Both the position numbers and the translations under genes were made by a program. From assembly GCF_963921235.1 (NCBI RefSeq), contig NC_086097.1, positions 196,046,001-196,110,000 of the forward strand: 64,000 nt of DNA. Direction: 5' to 3'. Below, piece by piece: positions 12,215-22,058 of this stretch. Origin of the DNA: Mobula hypostoma. Its lineage: Eukaryota. The stretch's first letter is position 1. Every line of letters begins with the position of its first letter. The notes under the pieces were generated by a model, which worked only from the letters and a program-made list of their open reading frames with translations, was not told where the DNA came from and did no database searches.

Positions 12215-14230
12215 AGAGTGAGTGGGCCAGTGAAGGAGTGGAGCTTTGAGGCTTTGACTGGAGAGATTCTGGCAGTTTTGGCAGTTGGTCTGTGCAATCT
12301 AGTCAATCAAGATTTGAATAGATCAGCAGAAAGCCGTTGATTAGACAATCAAGATTTGAATAGCTCAGACTCAGCAGAAAGCAGCTGATTGGGCAGTCGA
12401 GGTTAGGTGACCAAGCATTTTGAAAAGCTCAAACAGATCAATAGAGGGATAGCTCAAGCGAAGCGGCCTGTGGAAAGCAGCCAGTGAGTGAGTGGGCCAG
12501 TGAAGGAGTGGAGCTTTGACGCTTTGACTCCAGAGGCTTCGACGAGAAGAGGCAGAGGACAAGCTTGCTTGCAGTTAGTCTTTACAATGCCTCCTGAGAA
12601 GGTGATGTGCCTCTCATGTGAGATGTGGCAGTCTTGGGGGAACGCCCCTCTCCCGCAGAGTCACATCTGCCAGAAGTGCATACGGCTAGATGATTTGGAA
12701 GACCGTGTAAGGAATCTGAAGCAGCAGCTGGATGACCTTCGACTCATAAGGGAGAATGAGGCAGTCATAGATGAGAGCTACAGGGAGGTAGTCACACCTA
12801 GGCTGTCGGAAGCACGTCGTTGGGTGACAGTCAGAGGGGGGAAAGCGAAGGTGAGCAGACAGGTAGTGCAGAGCACCCCTGTAGCCATTCCCCTGAATGA
12901 TAAGTTTACCGTCCTGGATACAGTTGGTGGGGACGACTTACCAGGTGTGAGCCACGGTGGCAGGGCCTCCGGCACTGAGTCTGACCCTGTGGTGCAGAAG
13001 GGTTGGACGGAGAAGAGGAGAGCTGTCGTCATTGGAGACTCTATAGTCAGGGGAGCAGACAGGAGATTTTGTGGACGTGAGAAGGACACCTGCATGGTTT
13101 GTTGCCTCCCGGGCGCCAGGGTCCGGGATGTCTCTGACCGGGTGCACGACATCCTGGTACGAGAGGGAAAGCAACCAGAAGTCGTGATACATGTTGGGAC
13201 CAACGACATAGGCAGGAAGAGGGATGAGGTCCTGAAGGGTGAGTTTCGGGAACTAGGCAGAAGGCTGAAGAACAGGACCTCAAGGGTGGCGTTCTCAGGA
13301 TTGCTGCCAGTGCTACATGACAGTGATGGTAAGAATTGGAGGAGACGGCAGTTGAATGCGTGGCTGAGGAGTTGGTGCAGGGAGCAGGGTTTTAGATTTT
13401 TGGATCATTGGGATCTCTTCTGGGGAAGGTGGGACCTGTACAGATTGGATGGACTGCACCTGAACTTGAGGGGGAGCAATATCCTTGCAGGTAGGTTTGC
13501 TAGCATGGGTCGGGAGGGTTTAAACTAATTTGCAAGGGGGATGGGACCCAGAGCGATAGAGCAGTGAAAGAAGTGCATGGAGTAAAGCCAGATCCAACAT
13601 ATAGAGGGGTTTTGAGGAAGAGAAGCAGAATAAACGGTGTAAAGACAGTAAGGTAGAAGGGCTGAAATGTGTGTACCTCAATGCAAGAAGCATCAGGAAC
13701 AAAGGTGATGAACTGAGAGCTTGGATACATACATGGAATTATGATGTAGTGGCTATTACAGAAACTTGGCTGGCACCAGGGCAGGAAAGGATTCTCAATA
13801 TTCCTGGATTTCAGTGCTTTAAAAGGGATAGAGAGGGCGGAAAAAGGGGAGGGGGGTGGCATTACTGGTCAGGGATACTATTACAGCTACAGAAAGGGTG
13901 GGTAATGTAGCTGGATCCTCTTTTCAGTCAGTATGGGTGGAAGTCAGGAACAGGAAGGGAGCAGTTACTCTACTGGGGGTATTCTATAGGCCCCCTGGTA
14001 GCAGCAGAGATACAGAGCAGCAGATTGGGAGGCAGATTTTGGAAAGGTGCAAAAATAACAGGGTTGTTATCATGGGTGGAGGTAGATACAGTAGTGAAGT
14101 TTAAGAGACTACTGGACAGGTATATGGAGGAATTTAAGTTGGGGGCTTATATGGGAGGCAGGGTTTGAGGGTTGGCATAACATTGTGGGCCGATGAGCCT
14201 GTACTGTGCTGTACTATTCTATGTCCTATG
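12215..14230 (+). mobile_element. Internally deleted CR1 LINE: 5' UTR, intact ORF1, endonuclease start and 3' tail; RT absent
   Basis: TAAG duplicated at 12211-12214 and 14231-14234. The endonuclease (YLNARSIRNK, VAITETWL, NNRVVIMG) is joined at ~14075 directly to the CR1 3' end, which finishes ttctatgtcctatg. Confidence 0.85.
12587..13528 (+). CDS. CR1 ORF1 protein (zinc finger, coiled coil, SGNH esterase), 313 aa, uninterrupted
   Basis: MPPEKVMCLSCEMW...HICQKCIRL zinc finger; heptad LEDRVRNLKQQLDDL; SGNH blocks VIGDSIVRG, CCLPGA, HVGTND and DGLHLN. Confidence 0.88.
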   Translation: MPPEKVMCLSCEMWQSWGNAPLPQSHICQKCIRLDDLEDRVRNLKQQLDDLRLIRENEAVIDESYREVVTPRLSEARRWVTVRGGKAKVSRQVVQSTPVAIPLNDKFTVLDTVGGDDLPGVSHGGRASGTESDPVVQKGWTEKRRAVVIGDSIVRGADRRFCGREKDTCMVCCLPGARVRDVSDRVHDILVREGKQPEVVIHVGTNDIGRKRDEVLKGEFRELGRRLKNRTSRVAFSGLLPVLHDSDGKNWRRRQLNAWLRSWCREQGFRFLDHWDLFWGRWDLYRLDGLHLNLRGSNILAGRFASMGREGLN

Positions 14231-14246
14231 TAAGTAGACCCATCAG

Positions 14247-14506
14247 GCCGGCTGGTAGTGCAATGGCATCAGAGCCGGACTCCAGACCGAAGGCTCCCGA
14301 GTTCGAATCCAAGTCGGGCCACCCCCCGAGCACGCTTTCCATCTATGCCGGGTTGAGAGTCGAGCTAGCCACTTGGGCTCGTAAAAACAAAAAAGGGTCG
14401 AGTCAGGAACGTTCATATCATGACTCGGTTAATCCGAAAGGAGACCAATCCTGACACCACGCGCCAGACAAGAATGGCTGTCTGGTGCGACACGCTATAA
14501 AAAAAA
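14247..14506 (+). mobile_element. Young tRNA-derived SINE
   Basis: A box TAGTGCAATGG (14256), B box GTTCGAATCC (14301), A-tail, imperfect target-site duplication ccatcag/ctatcag, CpGs retained. Confidence 0.8.
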
Positions 14507-14829
14507 CTATCAGTTTTCTCTGTGGACGGGCTTCACAGTCGATCTCTCTCTCTCTTTCATTGTCCATCAGTTCATTTTAGTATCCTGCAGCGCCACGGCA
14601 GAGAGTTCCAAAAAAAGAAAATATAAAACATACTTCACCCCAGACCACACTAAAGTGTACCCCTGCCCAATAGGGGTCAAAAATAATGACAGTGTTGCTC
14701 GCTGCACTGTCTGCAACAGTGACTTTTCTATTGCCCATGGTGGGTTAAGTGACTGTAAAAGACATTTAACAGGTGAGTTTAACAGGTGTCATTCATGTAT
14801 CAGCATAGCTGATGTTATTTAATCTAGCT

Positions 14830-15450
14830 GATTGCATTGCCTCTGATCTGGGCCAACATTTACATGCCGGGCGGCACCTAATTAATTAGCTTGTTTGTTT
14901 TGGCTTTTTTCTTAAAGATGTGCTGGGTGCGTCCCAGCCACTGCTGTACCACTGCATTCTTTGCAGATCGGTATCGGTTCGCTGCCCGGAGGGTGGGGAC
15001 CACTGCACCACCCCAACTTCCGACAATTCAGCCTAACACACCATCATCAGTGTGCTCGATGTCTTCCCAATTCCAGTAAGTGATACTACACTATACATAC
15101 ATTATTTCTACTTTATATCGGCTGTGTATTTTTACGTTATTTGGTATGATTTGGCAGCTTCATAGCTTAAAGGTTACTGAAGAGTGCTTGCGCGAGGTTT
15201 TCGCTACGGAGAACAGTGCGGCAATGATTGTGGAAAAGTATTTCTACTTTATATAGGATGTGTATTCATCATATCATTCCTGCTTTTACTATATGTTACT
15301 GTTATTTTAGGTTTTATGTGTTATTTGGCATGATTTGATAGGTTATTTTTGGGTCTGCAAACACTCACAAATTTTTCCCATATAAATAAATGGTAATTGC
15401 TTCTTCGCTTTACGACATTCCGGCTTACGAACCGTTTCATAGGAATGCTC
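14830..15450 (+). mobile_element. Tigger/pogo-like DNA transposon terminal fragment
   Basis: AT-rich body ending ttcgctttacgacattccggcttacgaaccgtttcataggaa, resembling Tigger-type subterminal repeats; recalled similarity only. Confidence 0.45.
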
Positions 15451-15589
15451 TGCAAGGAAAGTTTGCAAAAGAAATAGAAAAGCTACTTGCATTAGCATTT
15501 ATCTATCCGCATTAAGACTGCCAACAAAATACTCAACAAGGAAATACGGGGGGGCGGGGGTAGTGGTGCTCCTTCCTGAAATGAGTTTT

Positions 15590-15852
15590 TGCAGGGTGGG
15601 ATGTCTGCTTTCATGTACTGATCCACGCTCCAAATTCATTACCCTTACCCATAATTCTCCTACCATTAAAATATACAGACTTCAAAATATCATAGCTGTT
15701 ATTTCGATTTTGCTTTTCAAAGCCTTCCCTGGCACCTACCTTCTGGTCCGATCCTTTCCTTACTGACCTGGATTTCCGGTTTCCAGCCCCCTGCAAAACT
15801 AGTTTAAACTCCTGAGTAGCATTAGCAAACCTCGCGGCCAGGATATTGGTTC
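15590..15852 (-). mobile_element. CR1 fragment (ORF1 end and ORF2 start)
   Basis: GTNILAARFANATQEFKLV and LKSVYFNGRRIMGKGNE motifs. Confidence 0.75.
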
Positions 15853-15905
15853 CCCAGAATATAGAAAGCACAATTGACGAAGCTAATACATCCCAGACCA
15901 CTTAC

Positions 15906-16047
15906 CCCTCAGACTGTATCTCGCCTGCAGCCCGAAGACTGAGAAAGTGCCAGTGCCAGTCCGGTCTTCTTTGTGTACACCTCTTTCGAGAATATATTTG
16001 ACATGCTGCAAGTACTGGCGCTCATCACTCAATTCCTGCATTTCCAT
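15906..16047 (-). CDS. TYMS: Thymidylate synthase, coding exon 1
   Basis: Translates [47 protein letters not shown](D), including the TS motif DRTGTGT. Ends at donor G|GTAAGT (phase 1). In-frame TGA at 16060-16062 lies upstream of the ATG. Confidence 0.96.
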
Positions 16048-16151
16048 GTCAATGCTGTCTCACTCCAAACGCTTAACGCCGCAACTTTTCCTCTGTACCG
16101 CTCTCTCGCAGGAATAAAACGCGCGCTTCTTCGCCTTACTTCTGGCGGGGT

Positions 16152-16578
16152 CCAATCATCTGCCACCGCCCGCCCCTTCCCTCCCTCCGGCCGGGTTACC
16201 GCTCCAATCCTCGGCCACCGCCCGCCCCTTCCCTCCCTCCGGCCGGGTTACCGCTCCAATCCTCGGCCACCGCCCGCCCCTTCCCTCCCTCCTCCCTCCT
16301 CCCTCCTCCCTCCTCCCTCCGGCCGGGTTACCGCTCCAATCCTCGGCCACCGCCCGCCCCTTCCCTCCCTCCTCCCTTCGGCCGGGTTACCGCTCCAATC
16401 CTCGGCCACCGCCCGCCCCTTCCCTCCCTTCGGCCGGGTTACCGCTCCAATCCTCGGCCACCGCCCGCCCCTTCCCTCCCTTCGGCCGGGTTACCGCTCC
16501 AATCCTCGGCCACCGCCCGCCCCTTCCCTCCCTCCGGCCGGGTTACCGCTCCAGTCCTCGGCCACCGCCCGCCCCTTC
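16152..16578. repeat. 52-bp GC-rich minisatellite (about 8 units)
   Basis: Unit ccggccgggttaccgctccaatcctcggccaccgcccgccccttccctccct. The core gggttaccgct occurs at 16193, 16245, 16325, 16384, 16436, 16488 and 16540, with variable pyrimidine spacers. Confidence 0.95.
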
Positions 16579-16812
16579 CTTCCCTCCCTCCCTTCCTCCC
16601 TCCCTCCCTCCCTCCCTTCCTTCCTTCCTTCCCTCCCTCCCTTCCTCCCTCCCTCCCTCCCTTCCTCCCTCCTCCCTCCCTCCCTCCCTCCCTCCCTCCC
16701 TTCCTTCCCTCCCTCCCTCCCTCCCTCCCTTCCTTCCTTCCCTCCCTCCCTCCCTTCCCTTCCCTCCCCTCCCCTCCCCCCTCCCTCCCTCCCTCCCTCC
16801 CTCCCTCCCTCC
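16572..16812. repeat. (CCCT/CCTT)n polypyrimidine-polypurine tract
   Basis: About 240 nt of only C/T on the + strand, ending at ccggccgg (the start of a minisatellite unit). Confidence 0.95.
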
Positions 16813-17170
16813 GGCCGGCACCCTGATGCCCTGAAATTAAATACAATATCCCGCAAATCGATTTTTTTTTGAGAGGGAGCAGGAGAGTGAGAGCGAGCAT
16901 CTTGATTGGTCTCTCTTCGTGCTAAGTAGACCTATCAGTTTTCTCTGTGGGCGGGCTTTACAGTCGACCTGAAAAATAATGACAGTGTTGCTCGCTGCAC
17001 CGTTTGCAACTGTGACTTTTCTATTGCCCATGGTGGGTTAAAATGTAAACGGCATGTTGAAGTGAGTTTAACAGGTGTCATTCGTTCATTAGCGTAGCTA
17101 ACGTTACTTAAATTAGCTGGCTAGCTGCTAAGGAGCTACTCTATTGATGTCCTACGTGATGACGCCAAAC
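16813..17170 (+). mobile_element. Second copy of the hAT-like element, abutting the TYMS promoter
   Basis: gattggtctctcttcgtgctaagtagacctatcagttttctctgtgg and aataatgacagtgttgctcgctgcac...gacttttctattgcccatggtgggttaa are shared with 12075-14830. Confidence 0.75.
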
Positions 17171-18176
17171 TTCCTGTAGACTTGCTAAAAGTTGTAATAG
17201 AATAAACATGATAATATAGTATAATATAATATACGTACATATACCTCCCTGAAATGAGTGTTTGTAGAGTGGGATGTCTGCGTATGACTCAGTAGCATCA
17301 CAGGGATGTAGCATCATACAAGCAGAGTTCACAAAGAAAACATAAATTACAAGATAGAACACAGTATGAACAATAAAAATAAAGGCCACTTTAGTGCAGC
17401 GTGATCAAGTTGAGTTAGTAAGCTGTATTGAGTAGGGATGTATGAGTTGGTTCAAATACAGAATGGAAATCAGAATTGTTCCAGGGTATCCAGCTATTAG
17501 AAAGAGCAAATAAAACAGGAAAATCAAAAAAATGTCAAGTACATAAACATCTCAAATAAAAGTGGAAAAGTGCTGGAAACACTTTGCAGGTCAGATAGCA
17601 TTTGTGGAAAAGTTAATTAAATGTTTCTTGAATTCATTAAATTAATGGCTTTTAACAAAGAGTTAAAACGAAGCTTGAAATGGGTTGAAAAAGGAAACTG
17701 AGGTAGAGAGTATTGGATCTGACTGTTTAATTGTAATTGTCATATTCTTTGCAGTTTAATAATCAATTATCTGCTTATACTTTAAGTGGCCTTTATATAC
17801 ATAACACTTTGGTCTGGCTATACAAAATATAATTCTAAAGCTTCTTCGTCTTTCATTCAGAGGCTGGTATTTTCTCATTGGTTAAGTTTTTGCTGCAGTC
17901 TTGAATAACTATTTTCTAATTGGATTATTATTATTATCTGTAGAGTAGAATGGACGTTTCCTTATCTGTATGGTATAAAGTAGATATTTTGTGCTAGGCA
18001 CCATCTTACTTTTCTTTAGATCCTCCCTTAAAGTAGGAAGACTCCCTGTTACTGTTCTGTTCCTGTTCTCTTTGTTCTATCAACTCTTAATAAAATAATT
18101 GTTAAGCAACACATTTCTGCTCGATTCTTGACATCTAAAATAACCTTGGATTTAAACACCAGAATCCAACAATTTT

Positions 18177-18194
18177 TGGCATAGTCGGCAGGAT
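18177..18194 (+). other. Primer-binding site complementary to the tRNA-Ser 3' end
   Basis: TGGCATAGTCGGCAGGAT versus the expected TGGCGTAGTCGGCAGGAT (one CpG-type mismatch), 5 nt after the LTR terminal CA. Confidence 0.85.
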
Positions 18195-19631
18195 ATTCTG
18201 AAGCTTTAAATTTATTCCAATCGAAGACAAAAGAGGGAATTTTGAGCGTGCAACAAAAGGGGTAAGAACTTCCTCTGTTCCTCTGATGCCTAAGACAAAA
18301 AGTCCTGGCTTCAAATATCAGATGGAAATCAGAATTGAGGACTGCTGTGTTGCTATTTAAAAAGAAAAACATCTGTGAAAATATTGGTTACAATCTATTT
18401 GGTCCTAACCTCTTTGATTCCAATCTATTGTTGTTGCACTGTAATCTGTTTTTGGTACCTGGTGAAAATAGTGCTTGTACAATCTATTTGGTGGTAATCT
18501 ATTTGCCCATGATCTCTTTGTTTGCTGGAACAATCTATTTGCTGTGCTATTTGGTTACAATCTTAATATTTCACAATCTCAAAGTGATAAAACTACATAC
18601 AAATTAAGATCAAGTTGAATCAATGGCCAAAGTTGTGAAACTTACTAAGAACCTGAATAAAACACCTCAGTCTGATAAAATGAATAAAAAAAAGTCCAGA
18701 CAAGACATACCAACAATGCGAAGTTTATGAAGAACAAAAGGTCCTATATTAAGTTCTTGGAAATAGCTGCTACTGGTTTAGTAATAATACCATGTTGTCG
18801 GTTTGATTGAATATATGAGAGATTGAAAGAGTTAACGGGAGAAGTCAAGTGTTTTACCATTGAAAGAAATGCAAAATGTGCGATAAACTACAAAAGCAGC
18901 ATGATAGAGACAGTAAAAAGTGTAAAGAGCAAATCTTCGCATTAACTGAACAAGCAGAAGAACATTGTAATTCAGTCAATGTGCATTGTTTGAAGTTTCA
19001 AAGCAAACTAAAACAAAATGGGAAAGTGCAGCCGACACTTCAAGTGGGCAGTCCTGCTAGTGACACTTTGAGTGACACTATTACTGGTGTTCCACCCTGG
19101 GAAACACCTACTGTACTTTGTAAGCTATGCCTGAGGAACTAAAGTTCACATTGAACCAACTTCCTGTACAGTGCTACCATTTGAACTCTGGAGCATACAG
19201 TCCTCCAAGACAACACCGTCTGAACTCTGAAGAATTACAGGATGGACATGACATGGGCTCTACATCTGACTCTCGTAACTCAAGTGAAAATGACAGTGAT
19301 GAAATATTAAGATTGACAGCTATGTCACAGCTTCCTCCAATAAAGAACAAGGGAGCAAAGTTACCATAGGACTGAAGATGAAACCACTGTTGATCCATGT
19401 AGTGACAAGATGGTGGCATTGCTTAACCGCTCAACAATCTGCTGAAGGGCAGTAATTATTCAGATGATCCCGTGATTCTTACCGAAAATATACTGAAAGT
19501 GTTTCAAACTTTAAAGATGACATTGTGTACTGCACCTGTATTAAAAATCCTTGATACAGGTAGACAATTTACCCTGTATGTCAACAAGAAATACAAGATG
19601 GCAGTTTTAACTCAAGAACAAGAGAGCAAAC

Positions 19632-21242
19632 ATTAGTGGGAAGTTAGAGGATTGGAAGCTTTTAAAAACTAACAGAGGGCAACTAAAAAGTCATTAAGGA
19701 GGTAAAGATGGAATACGAAAGTAAGCTAGCCAATAATATTAAAGAGGATATCAAAAGTTTCTTCAGATATACCTTTCAAGAATCACTAAATTTTGAAATG
19801 GTTCCAGAAGACTGGAAAATTGCAAGTGTCACTCCACTCCTCAAGAAGGGAGAGCAGCAGAAGAAAGAAAACAATAGGCTGGTTAGTTTGACCTCACTGG
19901 TTGGGAATATATTGGAGTCGATTAGAGTACCTTGGAGGCACATGATAAAATAGGCCGTATTCAGTATGGTTTCCTCAAGGGAAAATCTTGCCTGACAAAT
20001 CTGTTGGAATTCTTTGAAAAAGTAACAAGCAGGATAGACAAAGGAAAATCAGCTGATGTTGTGTACTTGAACTTTCAGAAACCCTTTGACAAGGTGCCAC
20101 ACGTGAGGCTGCGTCACAAGCTACGAGCCCATGGTATTACAAGGAAGATTCTAGCATGGATAAAGCAGTGGCTGGTTGACAGGAGGCAAAGAGTGGGAAT
20201 AAAAGAGGCTTTTCTAACTTGCTGCCAGTAACTAGTGATGTTCCACAGGGGTCTGTATTGGGATCGATTCTTTTTATGGTATATGTCAATGATTTGGATG
20301 TTGGAATTGATGGATTTGTTGCAAGGTTTGCAGATGATATAAAGATAGGTGGAGGGGCAGGTAGTTTTGAGGAAGTAGAGAAGCCACAGAAGGACTTAGA
20401 CAGAGAATGGGTAAAGAAGTGGCAGATGGAATGTAGTGTTGGGAAGTATATGGTCATGCTGCTTGGTAGAAGAAATGAAAAGGGTAACTATTTTTGAAAT
20501 GGAGAGAAAATACAAAAGAAAACAGAGGTGCAAAGGGACTTGGGAGTCCATGTGCAGGATTCCCTGAAGGTTAATTTGCAGGTGAATCTGTGGTGAGGAA
20601 GGCAAATGCAATGTTGACAGTCATTACAAGAGGATTAGAATATAAAAGCAGGATGTAATGTTAAGACTTTCTAAAGCACTGGTGAGGCCTCATCTGGAGT
20701 ATTATGCCAGTTTTGGGCCTCTTATCTTAGAAAGGATGTGCTGATGGTGGAAAAGGTTCAAAGGAGGTTCATGAAAATGATTCCAGAATTGAACAGTTTG
20801 TCATATGAAGAGTGTTCAATGGCTCTGGGCCTGTATTCACTAGAATTCAGAAGAACGAAGGGTGATATCATTGAAACCTATCAAATTCTGAAAGGACTTG
20901 ATAGAATGGATGTGGAAAGGACGTTTCCGATGGTGGGAGAGTGCAAGACCAGAGGACACAGCCTCCAAATAGAGAGGCATCCTTTTAACAACAGAGATGA
21001 GGAAGAACTTCTTTAGCCAGAGAGTGGTGAATCTGTGGAATTCTTTGCCACAGGCCACTATGGAGACCAAGTCTTTATTTAGGCAGAGCTTGATAGATTC
21101 TTGATTGGTCAGGGCATGAAAGGATATGGGAGGAAGGCAGGAGATTGAGGCTGAGAGGAAAAATGGATCAGCCATGATGAAATGGTGGAGAAAACTCGAC
21201 AGGCCAAAAGGTCTAATTTGCTCCTATATCTTATGGCCTTAT
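19632..21242 (+). mobile_element. CR1 LINE 3' part inserted in the ERV
   Basis: VPEDWKIASVTP, KSCLTNLLEFF, VPQGSVLG and FADDIKIGG motifs; tail atcttatggccttat. Confidence 0.9.
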
Positions 21243-21373
21243 AGTGTAAGACTTGATGATTTGAAAGTTAAACTATTGGATTTGCCACAACCTCACCTTT
21301 TAGTTTGATTGATAGCTGAACATGGCATTCTAGTGGCTCTGGAAAGTATAATTCTAAAGCTTCTTTCTCTTTC

Positions 21374-22058
21374 GAGGGAGGAGAAGATGGCGGCATGACG
21401 CAGCGCGCACGGCCTCTCCGGTGAAATGATATCGTATTTGTTAAATAGGGGCCATGCACAATCCTGATTTGATGGAGACGTATGTGAGAAGCACAGAGGA
21501 ACATCTGGAGAAACTTCTGAAATGCCTGGTTCGCTGCCACTGCTACTGTGCAATCGAGAACCTCTGGAGGGAAGGCCCCAAATCCTCGGCTTTGCCTGTT
21601 GCTGGTGGCTGGGGATGGGGTTGAAGCGCTCGGCAGTGATGGTACTTGGTGCTCGGTGTCGGAGGGCTGGTCGGAGGCTCGAAGTTTTCGGACAGGCTGA
21701 GAGTCGGACTGTGGTTGGGTGCTTCCAGGATGCTGCATCAGCAAGTTTGCGGTGCTGGAAGCTCATGGCAGGAAGAGTTTTCTTCCTTCTACCGTCTGCA
21801 TGAGATGTTGGGACTTTCGATAGACTTTGAAACTTTTTTTACGGTGCTCATGGTCTGTTCTTCTATCAAATTACAGTATTGCTTGCACTGTTGTAACTAT
21901 ATGTTATAATTATGTGGTTTTTGTCAGTTTTCCAGTCTTGGTCTGTCTTGTGTTTCTGTGATATCACACTGGAGGAACATTGCATCATTTCTTAATGCAT
22001 GCATTACTAAATGGCAATAAAAGAGGACTGCATGTCCTCATAATCTAATCTAATCTAA
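21374..22058 (+). mobile_element. Non-coding non-LTR retroposon with AAGATGGCG head and (TAATC)n tail, inserted in the ERV 3' LTR
   Basis: Target-site duplication tctttc at 21368-21373 and 22059-22064. AATAAA precedes the (taatc)4 tail. The flanks rejoin to match the 5' LTR. Confidence 0.8.

Larger units (their letters stand above)
12075..14830 (+). mobile_element. hAT-like DNA transposon 5' part, split into three pieces (12075-12214, 14231-14246, 14507-14830) by later insertions
   Basis: The pieces rejoin to match the uninterrupted copy at 16813-17170. 14595-14772 reads (T)AESSKKRKYKTYFTPDHTKVYPCPIGVKNNDSVARCTVCNSDFSIAHGGLSDCKRHL, a transposase-type N-terminal zinc finger, followed by donor GTGAGT. 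Confidence 0.7.
16048..16820 (-). promoter_or_regulatory. TYMS: TYMS 5' leader and CpG-rich TATA-less promoter with multiple GC boxes and CCAAT boxes
   Basis: CpG-dense stretch directly upstream of the ATG. Eight CCGCCC clusters and seven CCAAT pentamers; no TATA box seen. Confidence 0.75.

Noticed and set aside
11521..12306. 261-aa ORF as a single gene
   Set aside because: Chimeric frame running from CR1 and hAT sequence into a Rex1 RT fragment.
12488..13528. SGNH esterase ORF as a host or horizontally acquired enzyme gene
   Set aside because: It is embedded between a CR1 5' UTR and the CR1 endonuclease start, and decayed paralogues occur at ~27800 and ~55100. It is CR1 ORF1.
14247..14320. 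tRNA gene
   Set aside because: A and B boxes are present but continue into a SINE body with an A-tail and target-site duplication; no convincing cloverleaf.
16152..16578. CRISPR-like array
   Set aside because: Units are head-to-tail with no unique spacers, there are no cas genes, and the context is eukaryotic.
15973..16872. 299-aa proline-rich plus-strand ORF and overlapping Gly/Arg/Glu-rich minus-strand ORFs
   Set aside because: They start at a non-ATG codon or within repeats, and are open only because the minisatellite and pyrimidine tract lack stop codons. The plus ORF also overlaps TYMS exon 1 antisense.
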